A program made the position numbers and the translations under genes. The notes beneath the pieces are model-generated. The model ran no database searches. It saw only the letters and a program-made list of their open reading frames with translations, and was not told the DNA's origin. Of a DNA stretch of 63,157 nt, positions 31,387 through 39,329 are shown in pieces. The stretch is from a virus (Duplodnaviria; Caudoviricetes). The first letter of the stretch is position 1. Each line of letters begins with the position of its first letter. The DNA lies in the IMG/VR virus record IMGVR_UViG_3300033272_000024, positions 1-63,157 of that record. One strand, 5' to 3'.

Positions 31387-31589
31387 ACCATCCTCTTTTC
31401 TCTTTCAATCATCATGGCTTCAGCACGGTCAAAAGCATCTTTAGCTGCCTCTTTAGGTGTAGACAGGGTTGATGTAGTTATTGAAGCAAACCCTGCAAAC
31501 CAATCCAGCATGGTTATCTCTTGAATAGAGACAAACTCAGGAGTTGGCACAAGGGACGAGATACCTTCAGGCTTTCGTTTTGTTGCCAC
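31383..31589 (-). CDS. Small protein of the TLRDxFA family
   Basis: ITMLDWFAGFA...AFDRAEAMMIER. Confidence 0.7.
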   Translation of the reverse strand: MATKRKPEGISSLVPTPEFVSIQEITMLDWFAGFASITTSTLSTPKEAAKDAFDRAEAMMIEREKRMV

Positions 31590-31890
31590 GGGGTTTACCT
31601 TTCACGTTTTGGATAACCAGCATAGGAAGAACTTGATCTTGCAAGTAAAACGCCATGCTTTGCCCCTCGATACCAAGTGACTTGCACCATGAGTCGTTAT
31701 GAAAAACGGCCATGACATCGCGGATAGCTTTGTTGTAGCCAGCATTGAAAGCGTCATCGCCTTCAATAATCATAGTGATAGCGTCACGGACTAACCCGCT
31801 GGCTTTACGGTTTCCAGCAGCTTCTTTAAGCTTGGCATGGATGTTCTCTGGCAGATGCACAGAGTAAGGGATTAAGCGTTTTGCTTCCAT
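31567..31890 (-). CDS. Ribbon-helix-helix-like DNA-binding protein
   Basis: Likely start MEAKRLIPYSVHLPENIHAKLKEAA...SGLVRDAI. Confidence 0.6.
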   Translation of the reverse strand: MEAKRLIPYSVHLPENIHAKLKEAAGNRKASGLVRDAITMIIEGDDAFNAGYNKAIRDVMAVFHNDSWCKSLGIEGQSMAFYLQDQVLPMLVIQNVKGKPRGNKTKA

Positions 31891-32294
31891 TGCATGAATT
31901 CCTGATAGATGAACCAAAATTGTTTGGCGGCTTCTCGATTGTCTTTTAGCTCGGCACGGGACGTAATCTTCAGTTCCTCCCTTAGCCAATCCGTTACTTC
32001 GGATTCTGAATCTCCGCCGAAGCTTTGGCCGGTGTCAAAAAGAAAAGCCCCAAAGTGCTTATCCTTACACAAGATAGCCGACATGCGTACTGGATCACGT
32101 GCGTACTCTTGATCGCGGTTCATGGGAACGTCGCCGTCAGACAACCTAACCATGACTACCTGATAACGTGCCCCAACAAAGTCACGAAGCACTTCTTCGG
32201 GAGCTTCGTCGGGGTGGACGTTAAGGGTCAGAATAAATCCTGACCGATCTTGCCGCATCGCAATTTTGATAGCCTCAAATTGCAACGTTTTCAT
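31872..32294 (-). CDS. Conserved hypothetical protein
   Basis: 140-aa ORF packed in the recombination operon. Confidence 0.75.
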   Translation of the reverse strand: MKTLQFEAIKIAMRQDRSGFILTLNVHPDEAPEEVLRDFVGARYQVVMVRLSDGDVPMNRDQEYARDPVRMSAILCKDKHFGAFLFDTGQSFGGDSESEVTDWLREELKITSRAELKDNREAAKQFWFIYQEFMQWKQNA

Positions 32295-32296
32295 GG

Positions 32297-32686
32297 TCAG
32301 AATGGAATCGAATCGTCTGAATCATCAAACAAAGGCTCAGGCTTTTTAGCTACCGGACGGTACTCTTCCGGCTCTGAGGACTCTTTGCGACCACCTTGAA
32401 GGGCTACATCGTTGACACGAATCTTCATGGTCTTGCGCGGATTGCCGTCTTTATCTTTCCACTCGTTTTCAGTGATTGATCCATACACTGCAACAGCTTG
32501 ACCTTTGGTGAGGTACTGAGACAGTGCAGAAGCACGCTTACCCCATAACTCACAACTCCACCAGATAGTTCCTTTGTCGCGGCCTGCTGAGTCGGCTACT
32601 GAAAAGCTGGCAACAGACTCGCCGTTGTTCAATGTTTTAAGTTCGCAATCACGGCCTAAAGTACCGGCGATAGTAATGCTGTTCAT
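32297..32686 (-). CDS. ssb: Single-stranded DNA-binding protein
   Basis: OB-fold G.LGRD.EL...YL.KG..V.V.G; acidic C-terminal DDSIPF. Confidence 0.95.
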   Translation of the reverse strand: MNSITIAGTLGRDCELKTLNNGESVASFSVADSAGRDKGTIWWSCELWGKRASALSQYLTKGQAVAVYGSITENEWKDKDGNPRKTMKIRVNDVALQGGRKESSEPEEYRPVAKKPEPLFDDSDDSIPF

Positions 32687-33384
32687 TCTGCTGCTCCTTG
32701 TTCACGAAATTTAGTCTTGGCCTTTTTAAACTGTTCCATCACATCGTCATAGCTGGCGGGTGATACTTTCTTCAGTTCATCAAACACGTTGCGGTTTACT
32801 TTGAAGATGCTCATAACATCAGCTTCGTTAGCCGCCATATCCAAGCCCATCTTGGTTACATCGACCACAGTAGATGCCCATGTTTCGGGATCAGTACCGG
32901 GCTGAGCACTTACTTTAAGCTGCCAAGGAACCGGCTTGCCTTCGATGTTTGCTGGCGGTGCTACTGGTGCTGGTGGACGTGATGGCGAAGGTGCTGGTGG
33001 CCGTGGGGCTGGCCTTGAGGCTGCATTGCCATCATCATCTTCTGGAGCGATACCGCAAGCCGTCATAAGGCTGTAGCGCCGTGCATAGGTAAGGGCTGAG
33101 CCGTAACCCTGCGCGTCATGCTTGGTTGCTGGAACGTGCAGTTTGCCACTGCTAAGTTGCTCACCTGATTCGTGGATGAAAACAGTTTCGACAATGACGC
33201 CGTTATCGCATTCATGAGTAGGCTGCATCAAGAAGATGCCGTTGTTATTGAGAGCGTCAACCACTGCCTCTACGCAAGCCGACAAGTTAGCGTACTTTGA
33301 ACGGAAGGCTGGGTTGGTGTGGGTCTTGAGCGCTGGCCCAAACTCCTTCTGGGCTTTAACCAGTGCTGCGGCGATAGCTTTCAT
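32683..33384 (-). CDS. erf: ERF-family single-strand annealing recombinase
   Basis: NPAFRSKYANL...QGYGSALTYARRYSL...GIAPEDDDGN. Confidence 0.93.
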   Translation of the reverse strand: MKAIAAALVKAQKEFGPALKTHTNPAFRSKYANLSACVEAVVDALNNNGIFLMQPTHECDNGVIVETVFIHESGEQLSSGKLHVPATKHDAQGYGSALTYARRYSLMTACGIAPEDDDGNAASRPAPRPPAPSPSRPPAPVAPPANIEGKPVPWQLKVSAQPGTDPETWASTVVDVTKMGLDMAANEADVMSIFKVNRNVFDELKKVSPASYDDVMEQFKKAKTKFREQGAAE

Positions 33385-33743
33385 GCTGTAACTTTCTTAG
33401 TTTTAGATGCTGGACGGCCACGGCGCTTTGCTGCTGACCCGTCTTTCTTAAGGCCATAAGGGGCGAAAACAGCAGTTGGCAAAGGCGCTGCTGGAGGAAA
33501 CGTTTCCTTTTCTTGGTTACGCTTTTCTCTAGGGACATAACGAAACGTTTCGTTTGCCCCTTGAAACGCCGCCATATCGCCTTGGCCGAGGATGGCCCCT
33601 ACGTAATTCCTTGTAGACGACGCATTATCAGAATCTAAACGAACAGTGTTCATGGATTCAGCCAATCTTTTTGCAAATGAAGCTACCGAAAGAATGACCA
33701 GATCAATGTCATCGTTAGACATGGGGATGTTGTAAGTTTTCAT
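33381..33743 (-). CDS. Hypothetical protein with C-terminal AT-hook-like motif
   Basis: APYGLKKDGSAAKRRGRP. Confidence 0.65.
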   Translation of the reverse strand: MKTYNIPMSNDDIDLVILSVASFAKRLAESMNTVRLDSDNASSTRNYVGAILGQGDMAAFQGANETFRYVPREKRNQEKETFPPAAPLPTAVFAPYGLKKDGSAAKRRGRPASKTKKVTA

Positions 33744-34615
33744 GATGTTTCCTTGGTTGATAAATAAGTTTTGTACTGATTGCAAAATCCATTGACTTGA
33801 CAGAAATTTTCACAGCGCGTACGAGCACCCGGACGATGTTCAATGAAGTAGCCCTTAGCAGGCATAGAAATCTCAGCTTCGTCCCGCGTCTTGTGAACGC
33901 TCTTTGCACGGACTCCACCTTCTTTTTTGACTGCGAAAGCTTCGGGTTTTGCCCACATTTCCGAGTCAGTGCATTCAGGCATTTCGCCGTCTGTTTCCAT
34001 TTCAAACAATGCTTCGCCATGTAACTTGATACGGGCGAGAACGTAGTTTGTACGTGTCTCCATAGACCATAAAGGGATGTCGATGGTAACAATAGGAGCT
34101 TGTGGGTAGCCTTCCTTAGTAGAGGCTTCACGGCGACTCCAGTCCCGGACAATGGCAATGATCTGAAGCTTCTTAACTTTGACCTTCTTGGCGTACTCAA
34201 CCAAGAACGCATAGCTGTTTAACTGGCTGTGCCAATCTTGCTTCTCATTCATGACCGCCCATGCAGATGTAGTCTTGTAGTCTGAAACAATGATGCCGTC
34301 TTCCTCGATCTCTTGTAGGTCAATGGCTCCACTGATGTTCAGGCCATCGACTAAAGCATGGATGCGCTCTTCAACAATGTGGTTTTCACCTTTGCCGTGC
34401 TCAAGGACATTGTGGATGGCTGTGCCAAAGATAGACCAAACCATGTCGGCTGCGTCTTCCTCAAGATCATTCCAGTGCTTGCGCTTAAGCTGGACAATGC
34501 GGGGGCTGTTAAGCAGTTCCGTCACAGACATATTTGCTTTGCCCTTGCTGTACTGCGGTCTGGCAATGACGTTCAGGACGGTCTGCGGAAGGTTGAACTT
34601 GTTAGTGAGTTTCAT
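33740..34615 (-). CDS. PD-(D/E)xK exonuclease (Cas4/RecB-like)
   Basis: GTAIH...EER...SGAID...DYK...QLN.Y; C-terminal RC..FC...FC. Confidence 0.88.
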   Translation of the reverse strand: MKLTNKFNLPQTVLNVIARPQYSKGKANMSVTELLNSPRIVQLKRKHWNDLEEDAADMVWSIFGTAIHNVLEHGKGENHIVEERIHALVDGLNISGAIDLQEIEEDGIIVSDYKTTSAWAVMNEKQDWHSQLNSYAFLVEYAKKVKVKKLQIIAIVRDWSRREASTKEGYPQAPIVTIDIPLWSMETRTNYVLARIKLHGEALFEMETDGEMPECTDSEMWAKPEAFAVKKEGGVRAKSVHKTRDEAEISMPAKGYFIEHRPGARTRCENFCQVNGFCNQYKTYLSTKETS

Positions 34616-34814
34616 TTTGTTTTGAGAATTTGTAGAACTTGGTTAGTAAATCAATAGATGTTGGAAGGCTTTTGCCCATGCCAGCACAGCCAACTGCATA
34701 GGCAATTCCTGTAGCGGCTGCGGCAGTATTGGCATCAACGCCTCGTTCATCAAGCCGTGTAAGAATTTCCATCGCAAGGCTGACGGTTGTATTCAGCGGC
34801 TCAATGGGTTTCAT
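34602..34814 (-). CDS. Hypothetical protein, paralog of 34801-35037
   Basis: Likely start MKPIEP; shares L..xG.D...GIA.A.G...LP..IDL...YK with its neighbour. Confidence 0.65.
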   Translation of the reverse strand: MKPIEPLNTTVSLAMEILTRLDERGVDANTAAAATGIAYAVGCAGMGKSLPTSIDLLTKFYKFSKQNETH

Positions 34815-35037
34815 GACTACCCATCTTGTAAGTGCTACGAACCAAATCAATAGCATGTGGAAGAGGCATACCACTAACCCTCGCACCACCGGCAAAGGCA
34901 ATGCCCATAGAAAGAACTGCCATTCGCATATCAATCCCTTCGTCTTCCAAAAACTGAATGATCCTTGAGCTAACTTCTATTGATGCTGAAATTTTCTTTT
35001 CGGCATCTTCGATTTCCGCCTTCGTTGGTTGTGTCAT
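34801..35037 (-). CDS. Hypothetical protein, first gene of the leftward recombination operon
   Basis: AGGAG RBS; promoter upstream. Confidence 0.7.
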   Translation of the reverse strand: MTQPTKAEIEDAEKKISASIEVSSRIIQFLEDEGIDMRMAVLSMGIAFAGGARVSGMPLPHAIDLVRSTYKMGSHETH

Positions 35038-35067
35038 TGCTTGCTCCTGTGTGTTGAGTGAGGCTCC

Positions 35068-35096
35068 AATGTACCTGATAGGATGCTGCCTGTCAA
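35068..35096 (-). promoter_or_regulatory. Sigma70-like leftward promoter
   Basis: TTGACA-N17-TACATT on the - strand. Confidence 0.75.
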
Positions 35097-35137
35097 CAAC
35101 CTATGTGATATAACTGGTAAATAAATGAGGAACAACC

Positions 35138-35422
35138 ATGAGAGCAGCAAGACGCGATGACAACGAAGCAGAAATTGTTAAGGCTCTACGTGCGTGTGGG
35201 GCTAAGGTGCGGATTGTCACTCAGGGCGATGGCATTCCTGATTTGCTGGTTACGTATAAGGGTTACACGATCCTTATGGAAGTCAAAGACGGACTGAAAC
35301 CCCCGTCAGCCAGAAAGCTGACAGAGGCTGAACAGAAGTTCTTTGATGAATGGACTGGCGGAATGCTGGCAAAAGTAGAGTCCGTGGAAGAAGCTCTGGA
35401 CATCCTGAAAGCTTGCGTGTAG
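35138..35422 (+). CDS. VRR-NUC-type nuclease
   Basis: RRDDNEAEIV.ALR..G...GIPDLLV...EVK...LT..E..F. Confidence 0.85.
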   Translation: MRAARRDDNEAEIVKALRACGAKVRIVTQGDGIPDLLVTYKGYTILMEVKDGLKPPSARKLTEAEQKFFDEWTGGMLAKVESVEEALDILKACV

Positions 35423-35465
35423 ACTGAGGGCGAGGGTTGTCATTGGCCTTCTCCTTGTATTGAGT

Positions 35466-35498
35466 TGCTCCCGCCTAAAAAACGGGAGCTTTTTTTTT
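35466..35498 (+). terminator. Intrinsic terminator
   Basis: GCTCCCG-loop-CGGGAGC followed by T9. Confidence 0.85.
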
Positions 35499-35506
35499 GA
35501 TACCTG

Positions 35507-35536
35507 TTGACACGTTGAGTTGTGTTGGTGTACATT
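35507..35536 (+). promoter_or_regulatory. Sigma70-like promoter
   Basis: TTGACA-N18-TACATT. Confidence 0.7.
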
Positions 35537-35540
35537 GGAG

Positions 35541-35641
35541 TTGTTGTCGTTGCACACAGCATATCTAGCCGCTTCATTAAGTATCTTGCCTTTGGTTCTT
35601 CCAAGGGGTGCAATCAAGATACTTAGTAAAGCGGCTTTTTT
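35541..35641 (+). ncRNA. Candidate C4-like small regulatory RNA / attenuator
   Basis: Long stem AGCCGCTT..TAAGTATCTTG / CAAGATACTTA..AAGCGGCT followed by a T-tract; the upstream TTGCAC is complementary to GTGCAA in the loop. Confidence 0.5.
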
Positions 35642-36041
35642 GTTTCCTGCTACGGTTAACTGGTTCCAGAGGTCTATCGGGTTTTGGGTTGGCATGAGGG
35701 AAGCGTAGGAAACCGCAAGGTGTAGTCCGCAGTCCATCAGCCCTACAACGTTCTGATCTGGAGCGAGAGCGCAAAGAAGTCACCGTGGCGCAACTGGGGG
35801 AGCATCTATCTTTAACCGCGAGTGAAAGCCTTTCGGGTATGGGGTAGGTCTAAATGGCCGGGGTAGACGTTGCCAAGCGACGGAAAGCATTTAGAGGTGA
35901 CACAGGCTGGGATGATGTCACTCCACACGGAATACTAAGCTACGGCTCCGGGAAAGTGGAAAGCGCCTAGGTGGAGACAGCCTCTCCCCTAGGCAGATGC
36001 TTGTCCAGCCGAACCTAGCACCCACCAAGAAAGTAACTAAG

Positions 36042-36548
36042 ATGAATCCAGAACTTCACACAGCAGAAGCTTGGATGGCAGCAATTCCTACTCAGCGTAG
36101 AGAGTTCATTGCTAAAGTAAGAGTCGAGGTAAGGGCTAGGGACGGCCTTGCAAAGCAGGAGCGACTTCGGACAAAAGAAGAAAGTAAAGTTGTTATCCCA
36201 AAAAAGAAAAAACCTACTAGGCGGCAGCGATCTACAGAAGCCAAGATTCTTGCTCAAATAAAACAATACGATAGACCGACTAAGGTTAGAAATTCCGGTG
36301 TTACATCCGACTCATTCTTGTCTAGCTATGAGTGGCGGAAAGTACGGATGGTGGCGTTAAAGATGCACGGGCCTAAATGCCAATGCTGCGGGGCTACTCC
36401 TGCTGACGGCGCGGTTATGAATGTTGACCATATCAAACCAAGAAAACTTTACCCTAGCCTCGCGCTGGATGTAACGAACCTTCAAATACTTTGCCATCCC
36501 TGTAACCACGGAAAAGGCAATTGGGATCAAACTGATTGGCGTGCGTAA
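36042..36548 (+). CDS. HNH endonuclease (McrA-like) with basic N-terminal extension
   Basis: WRKVR..AL...CQCCG...VDHIKP...L...NLQILC.PCN.GK. Confidence 0.9.
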   Translation: MNPELHTAEAWMAAIPTQRREFIAKVRVEVRARDGLAKQERLRTKEESKVVIPKKKKPTRRQRSTEAKILAQIKQYDRPTKVRNSGVTSDSFLSSYEWRKVRMVALKMHGPKCQCCGATPADGAVMNVDHIKPRKLYPSLALDVTNLQILCHPCNHGKGNWDQTDWRA

Positions 36549-36574
36549 AAAAACCCGCTGGGCTAGAGCGGGTT
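36547..36574 (-). terminator. Intrinsic terminator between convergent genes
   Basis: AACCCGCT/AGCGGGTT stem with an A-tract on + (T-tract on -). Confidence 0.8.
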
Positions 36575-36579
36575 GGTGG

Positions 36580-36930
36580 CTAAGCAGCCATTCTAAAAAG
36601 CATCTTTTTGTGAAGCTGCTTATCTCTGTACCTTTGAGATTTTTCTACTGATGACAGCTTGGGTTGCTTCATGTCATCTCCAAAGCCAAGCTGATACACC
36701 CGGATTACGCTACGTCCTTGGGCGTCTTCTTCCCAGCCACAGATATGGCAAGCCCCAACTTTGTATAAAGCTGCGGCATACCGGATCACAGAGCCATAGT
36801 GCAGGCCTGTTTTCTCGGCCAGTTGCCTAGCGGTATAGGTTCCTTCAAGCATACAGAGCATAAGGCTGGCACTGGTAAGAGCGCCGATCTTTGTCATCTT
36901 TCGGCCTTTGTTTGTTGGAGGTTTGTTCAT
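36580..36930 (-). CDS. Winged-HTH-like protein
   Basis: TARQLAEKTGLHYGSVIRY...L...G..HI..W. Confidence 0.65.
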   Translation of the reverse strand: MNKPPTNKGRKMTKIGALTSASLMLCMLEGTYTARQLAEKTGLHYGSVIRYAAALYKVGACHICGWEEDAQGRSVIRVYQLGFGDDMKQPKLSSVEKSQRYRDKQLHKKMLFRMAA

Positions 36931-37173
36931 TTATGGCGAAACGTTTCGTTTTTCATAGATCATTTGCATGACGACATCAGCACAGTTACGGGCTAAGTGC
37001 TTGCTCATTTTAAGTTCTCGCATGAGGTTGACTACCAGTGCATCCCGGTTAATTTCTTCAACCTCTTGACCAAAGGCGGCTATCTGGGTCAGTGCAGCTT
37101 CTTGAGCCATACCCTGCTGACGGCCTTTCTCGTATTCGCTACGAATGAAGTCTAGGAACTGTTCATTAGTCAT
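36931..37173 (-). CDS. Hypothetical protein
   Basis: ORF in the coupled small-gene array. Confidence 0.65.
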   Translation of the reverse strand: MTNEQFLDFIRSEYEKGRQQGMAQEAALTQIAAFGQEVEEINRDALVVNLMRELKMSKHLARNCADVVMQMIYEKRNVSP

Positions 37174-37411
37174 TTTTTTCCTTTAATAAAGCTTCTATGG
37201 CTCGGGCTGTTTGATCCCATCCGGGCGGAAGCCTTACTGCACCGGGCAGTAAACTCATAATTTCTTCGTCGGTCAAACCCACCCAAGGCTTAGATGCCTT
37301 CCATGCAAATTTGAATGCGTCAGTCATCCCATGTTTACGGTCAACCATAGTTAAAAGAAACTCATCCCATGCAAGCTCAATGGACTCTTTCTTGGATGTG
37401 CGTACGGTCAT
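37166..37411 (-). CDS. Small protein with WVGLTDEE...AIEAxLKEKN module
   Basis: Shared C-terminal module. Confidence 0.7.
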   Translation of the reverse strand: MTVRTSKKESIELAWDEFLLTMVDRKHGMTDAFKFAWKASKPWVGLTDEEIMSLLPGAVRLPPGWDQTARAIEALLKEKND

Positions 37412-37632
37412 TGATTTTTTTCCTTAAGTTTGGCTTCGGTAGTTGCTACTATTTCCCGCACCCAAACCGACGCACCAAGGGGGAATAGGAAATCCATGTC
37501 ATCGTCCGACAGGCTTACCCATTCTTTATTTACATCCAAGGGCCATACTTGGGCAAGTGGTGTAAACAAGTGGCTGTTTGGATTTGTACTAACTGCACCG
37601 CTTGATGGGTCGTACCATGCTATTGGTTTCAT
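37408..37632 (-). CDS. Small protein with WVSLSDDD...EAKLKEKN module
   Basis: Likely start MKPIAW. Confidence 0.7.
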   Translation of the reverse strand: MKPIAWYDPSSGAVSTNPNSHLFTPLAQVWPLDVNKEWVSLSDDDMDFLFPLGASVWVREIVATTEAKLKEKNQ

Positions 37633-37841
37633 TGATTTTTCTCCTTCAATTGTTTTTCTGCCCATGCTGCACCTTGAATGAATCCGAAAGCTTGTTCTTC
37701 TTTGTCTGCCGCAGTATCTAGCGCCTCATCTGACAGTGGGAACCACTCACGCTTTTCCAGCGAGTTACAGTATTCTTCAAGGGCGCGAGTGTATGAAACA
37801 TGACTGGCGTATTCAAACTCGTTAGGGCGTTTTTTAGTCAT
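37629..37841 (-). CDS. Small protein with WFPLSDE...EKQLKEKN module
   Basis: Likely start MTKKRP. Confidence 0.65.
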   Translation of the reverse strand: MTKKRPNEFEYASHVSYTRALEEYCNSLEKREWFPLSDEALDTAADKEEQAFGFIQGAAWAEKQLKEKNQ

Positions 37842-38010
37842 TTGCGTAAAACCTTTCGTCACCGTAGCAGCTATCGTCATCTTCAGTTGATTGCGCCAAT
37901 GCTTCTTTAATGGATTTGATGTATATATTCTTTGGCAAGCCGTGCATATACTCAGGAGAGTAAGTTTCAATTGCTTCTAGTGCCATTTTTAATGCTTGGT
38001 CTTTAGTCAT
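37834..38010 (-). CDS. Hypothetical protein (58 aa, MTKDQALKMALEAIE...; below cutoff)
   Basis: Read manually; fills the gap with overlaps. Confidence 0.6.
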   Translation of the reverse strand: MTKDQALKMALEAIETYSPEYMHGLPKNIYIKSIKEALAQSTEDDDSCYGDERFYAND

Positions 38011-38192
38011 TTATTACCCCTAATCTTCTCTTCAGCAATCTTCATAGTTTGCCGCATGGTTGTATTTAAAGTCGGCTCATCGTCAAACACAGCTTGGTAG
38101 ATGGGTAGAACGTAGTCCCGCAACTCATTTCGTTGAGCCTCAATACACTGAGGTCTTGTGCAGAAGTAACTGCAAGTATGAACATCAATCAC
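38007..38192 (-). CDS. Small Cys/His protein (HTCSYFC.RP.C)
   Basis: GTGA overlap with the upstream gene. Confidence 0.6.
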   Translation of the reverse strand: MIDVHTCSYFCTRPQCIEAQRNELRDYVLPIYQAVFDDEPTLNTTMRQTMKIAEEKIRGNK

Positions 38193-38512
38193 AACATCTT
38201 TCCTTTCTTGGCGCACGGCCAAATATCATTAAGCATCCCAAGAATAATGAGGTCTGCACCCAAATGACGGGTGGACGGGTTAGCGACTAAATGGTTTTTA
38301 ACCATGCTACTTAACTGCCCAAGGGTTACTTCTCTAGGCGAACAAAATACAACATTTTCATTTGAGTCGTGTACACCAGCGATATAACCAGTAGAGAATA
38401 TTCTTGCAGCAGCTAAATTGTTTTGCATTTGTTCAAGCAGATAGTTGCCGTCAATCATCCCGGCTTGCGTAGGGAGAGACAGTGCGGCGGCTAACAGTAC
38501 GGCGTATTTCAT
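38189..38512 (-). CDS. Rap1a/Tai4-like immunity-family protein with signal peptide
   Basis: Sec-type leader; GN.L...GYIAGV.D...FC.P..VT.GQ...V..HL..NP..RH..A..LI...L...WPC. Confidence 0.78.
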   Translation of the reverse strand: MKYAVLLAAALSLPTQAGMIDGNYLLEQMQNNLAAARIFSTGYIAGVHDSNENVVFCSPREVTLGQLSSMVKNHLVANPSTRHLGADLIILGMLNDIWPCAKKGKML

Positions 38513-38733
38513 TTTCTAACCTTTGATGAAGACTCAATAAGTAAGTTGTCCCGTAGCCAGCGAAGCACTTTCTCTGGCTTGTAAGAACTGTGAGATGAAA
38601 CGGTATTCTCGCTAAATAACTCTCCTTTAGGAAAACCGGGCGGCATCTTTTGGCCTTTGTCGGTAGCAAGGGTAATACGATAGCCCCCGTCGATGGCGGC
38701 GAGGCACTGGGATTCCATTTCTTTAGGGGTCAT
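38509..38733 (-). CDS. Hypothetical protein
   Basis: ATGA-coupled ORF. Confidence 0.65.
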   Translation of the reverse strand: MTPKEMESQCLAAIDGGYRITLATDKGQKMPPGFPKGELFSENTVSSHSSYKPEKVLRWLRDNLLIESSSKVRK

Positions 38734-38924
38734 TGGCGCGGCTCAATAGGGCGGGTTAATAAATCTTCAACTTCGTCGTCAGAAATAGGCTCAGCATTGT
38801 CCAGTAAAGTACCGTTTTCAAACTTTGTACGAAGCTCTGAAATAAGCTCAGCCAACTCATCGGGAGTGCCTTCAAAACTATCAAAGCAGCCCGGTGCAAA
38901 AACAAGTTCAAGTTTTTTTGTCAT
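38730..38924 (-). CDS. Acidic hypothetical protein
   Basis: FAPGCFDSFEGTPDEL; Asp/Glu-rich. Confidence 0.65.
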   Translation of the reverse strand: MTKKLELVFAPGCFDSFEGTPDELAELISELRTKFENGTLLDNAEPISDDEVEDLLTRPIEPRQ

Positions 38925-38929
38925 TTTGT

Positions 38930-39175
38930 TTATTTCTTAAACGTAGGAAATGGAAACCAATGGTCAAAAAACTTTTCTCCGGGCAAATACACGCCCTTTT
39001 GTGCAGAGTTAGCGGCCTTGTTAATGAGCCACATAGCCTTGCCTGTTGGTGTGTTTTTGTCAATAGGAATCCAATGGCAGCTAGGCGCAACAACAGCGAC
39101 GCCATCGGCAGTGATTTTGTGGTCTACCGTATTGGCTGCGTTGATTACGTGGGAGGGTAGGTAGGCGTCGGTCAT
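38930..39175 (-). CDS. Hypothetical protein (W.PI...P.G...W.P.P family)
   Basis: HWIPIDKNTPTGK...HWFPFP. Confidence 0.65.
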   Translation of the reverse strand: MTDAYLPSHVINAANTVDHKITADGVAVVAPSCHWIPIDKNTPTGKAMWLINKAANSAQKGVYLPGEKFFDHWFPFPTFKK

Positions 39176-39329
39176 GTGTGTCGTTTATTTAGTTGAGCTT
39201 CGATGTACTCACGTAGCTCGTCGATCTCTTCAAACAATCTATCCTTTAGCATCTCGTCGCTAATCATGCCAAACTGATGATCGGGGTGTTCTTTGCAGCG
39301 TTGGTTGAACGTCTTGATTTGTTGGTAGT

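Noticed and set aside
33740-34615. CRISPR-Cas system suggested by the Cas4-like nuclease
   Set aside because: No repeat-spacer array or other cas genes; the context (ERF, SSB) is a standard recombination module
35306-35783. ORFs 35306-35737 (-), 35520-35708 (+) and 35577-35783 (-)
   Set aside because: They overlap a terminator, promoter and hairpins, lack an RBS and have atypical composition
35900-35950. Group II intron domain V (GAGCCGTA on the - strand)
   Set aside because: The following sequence does not form the DV hairpin, and there is no interrupted gene or maturase
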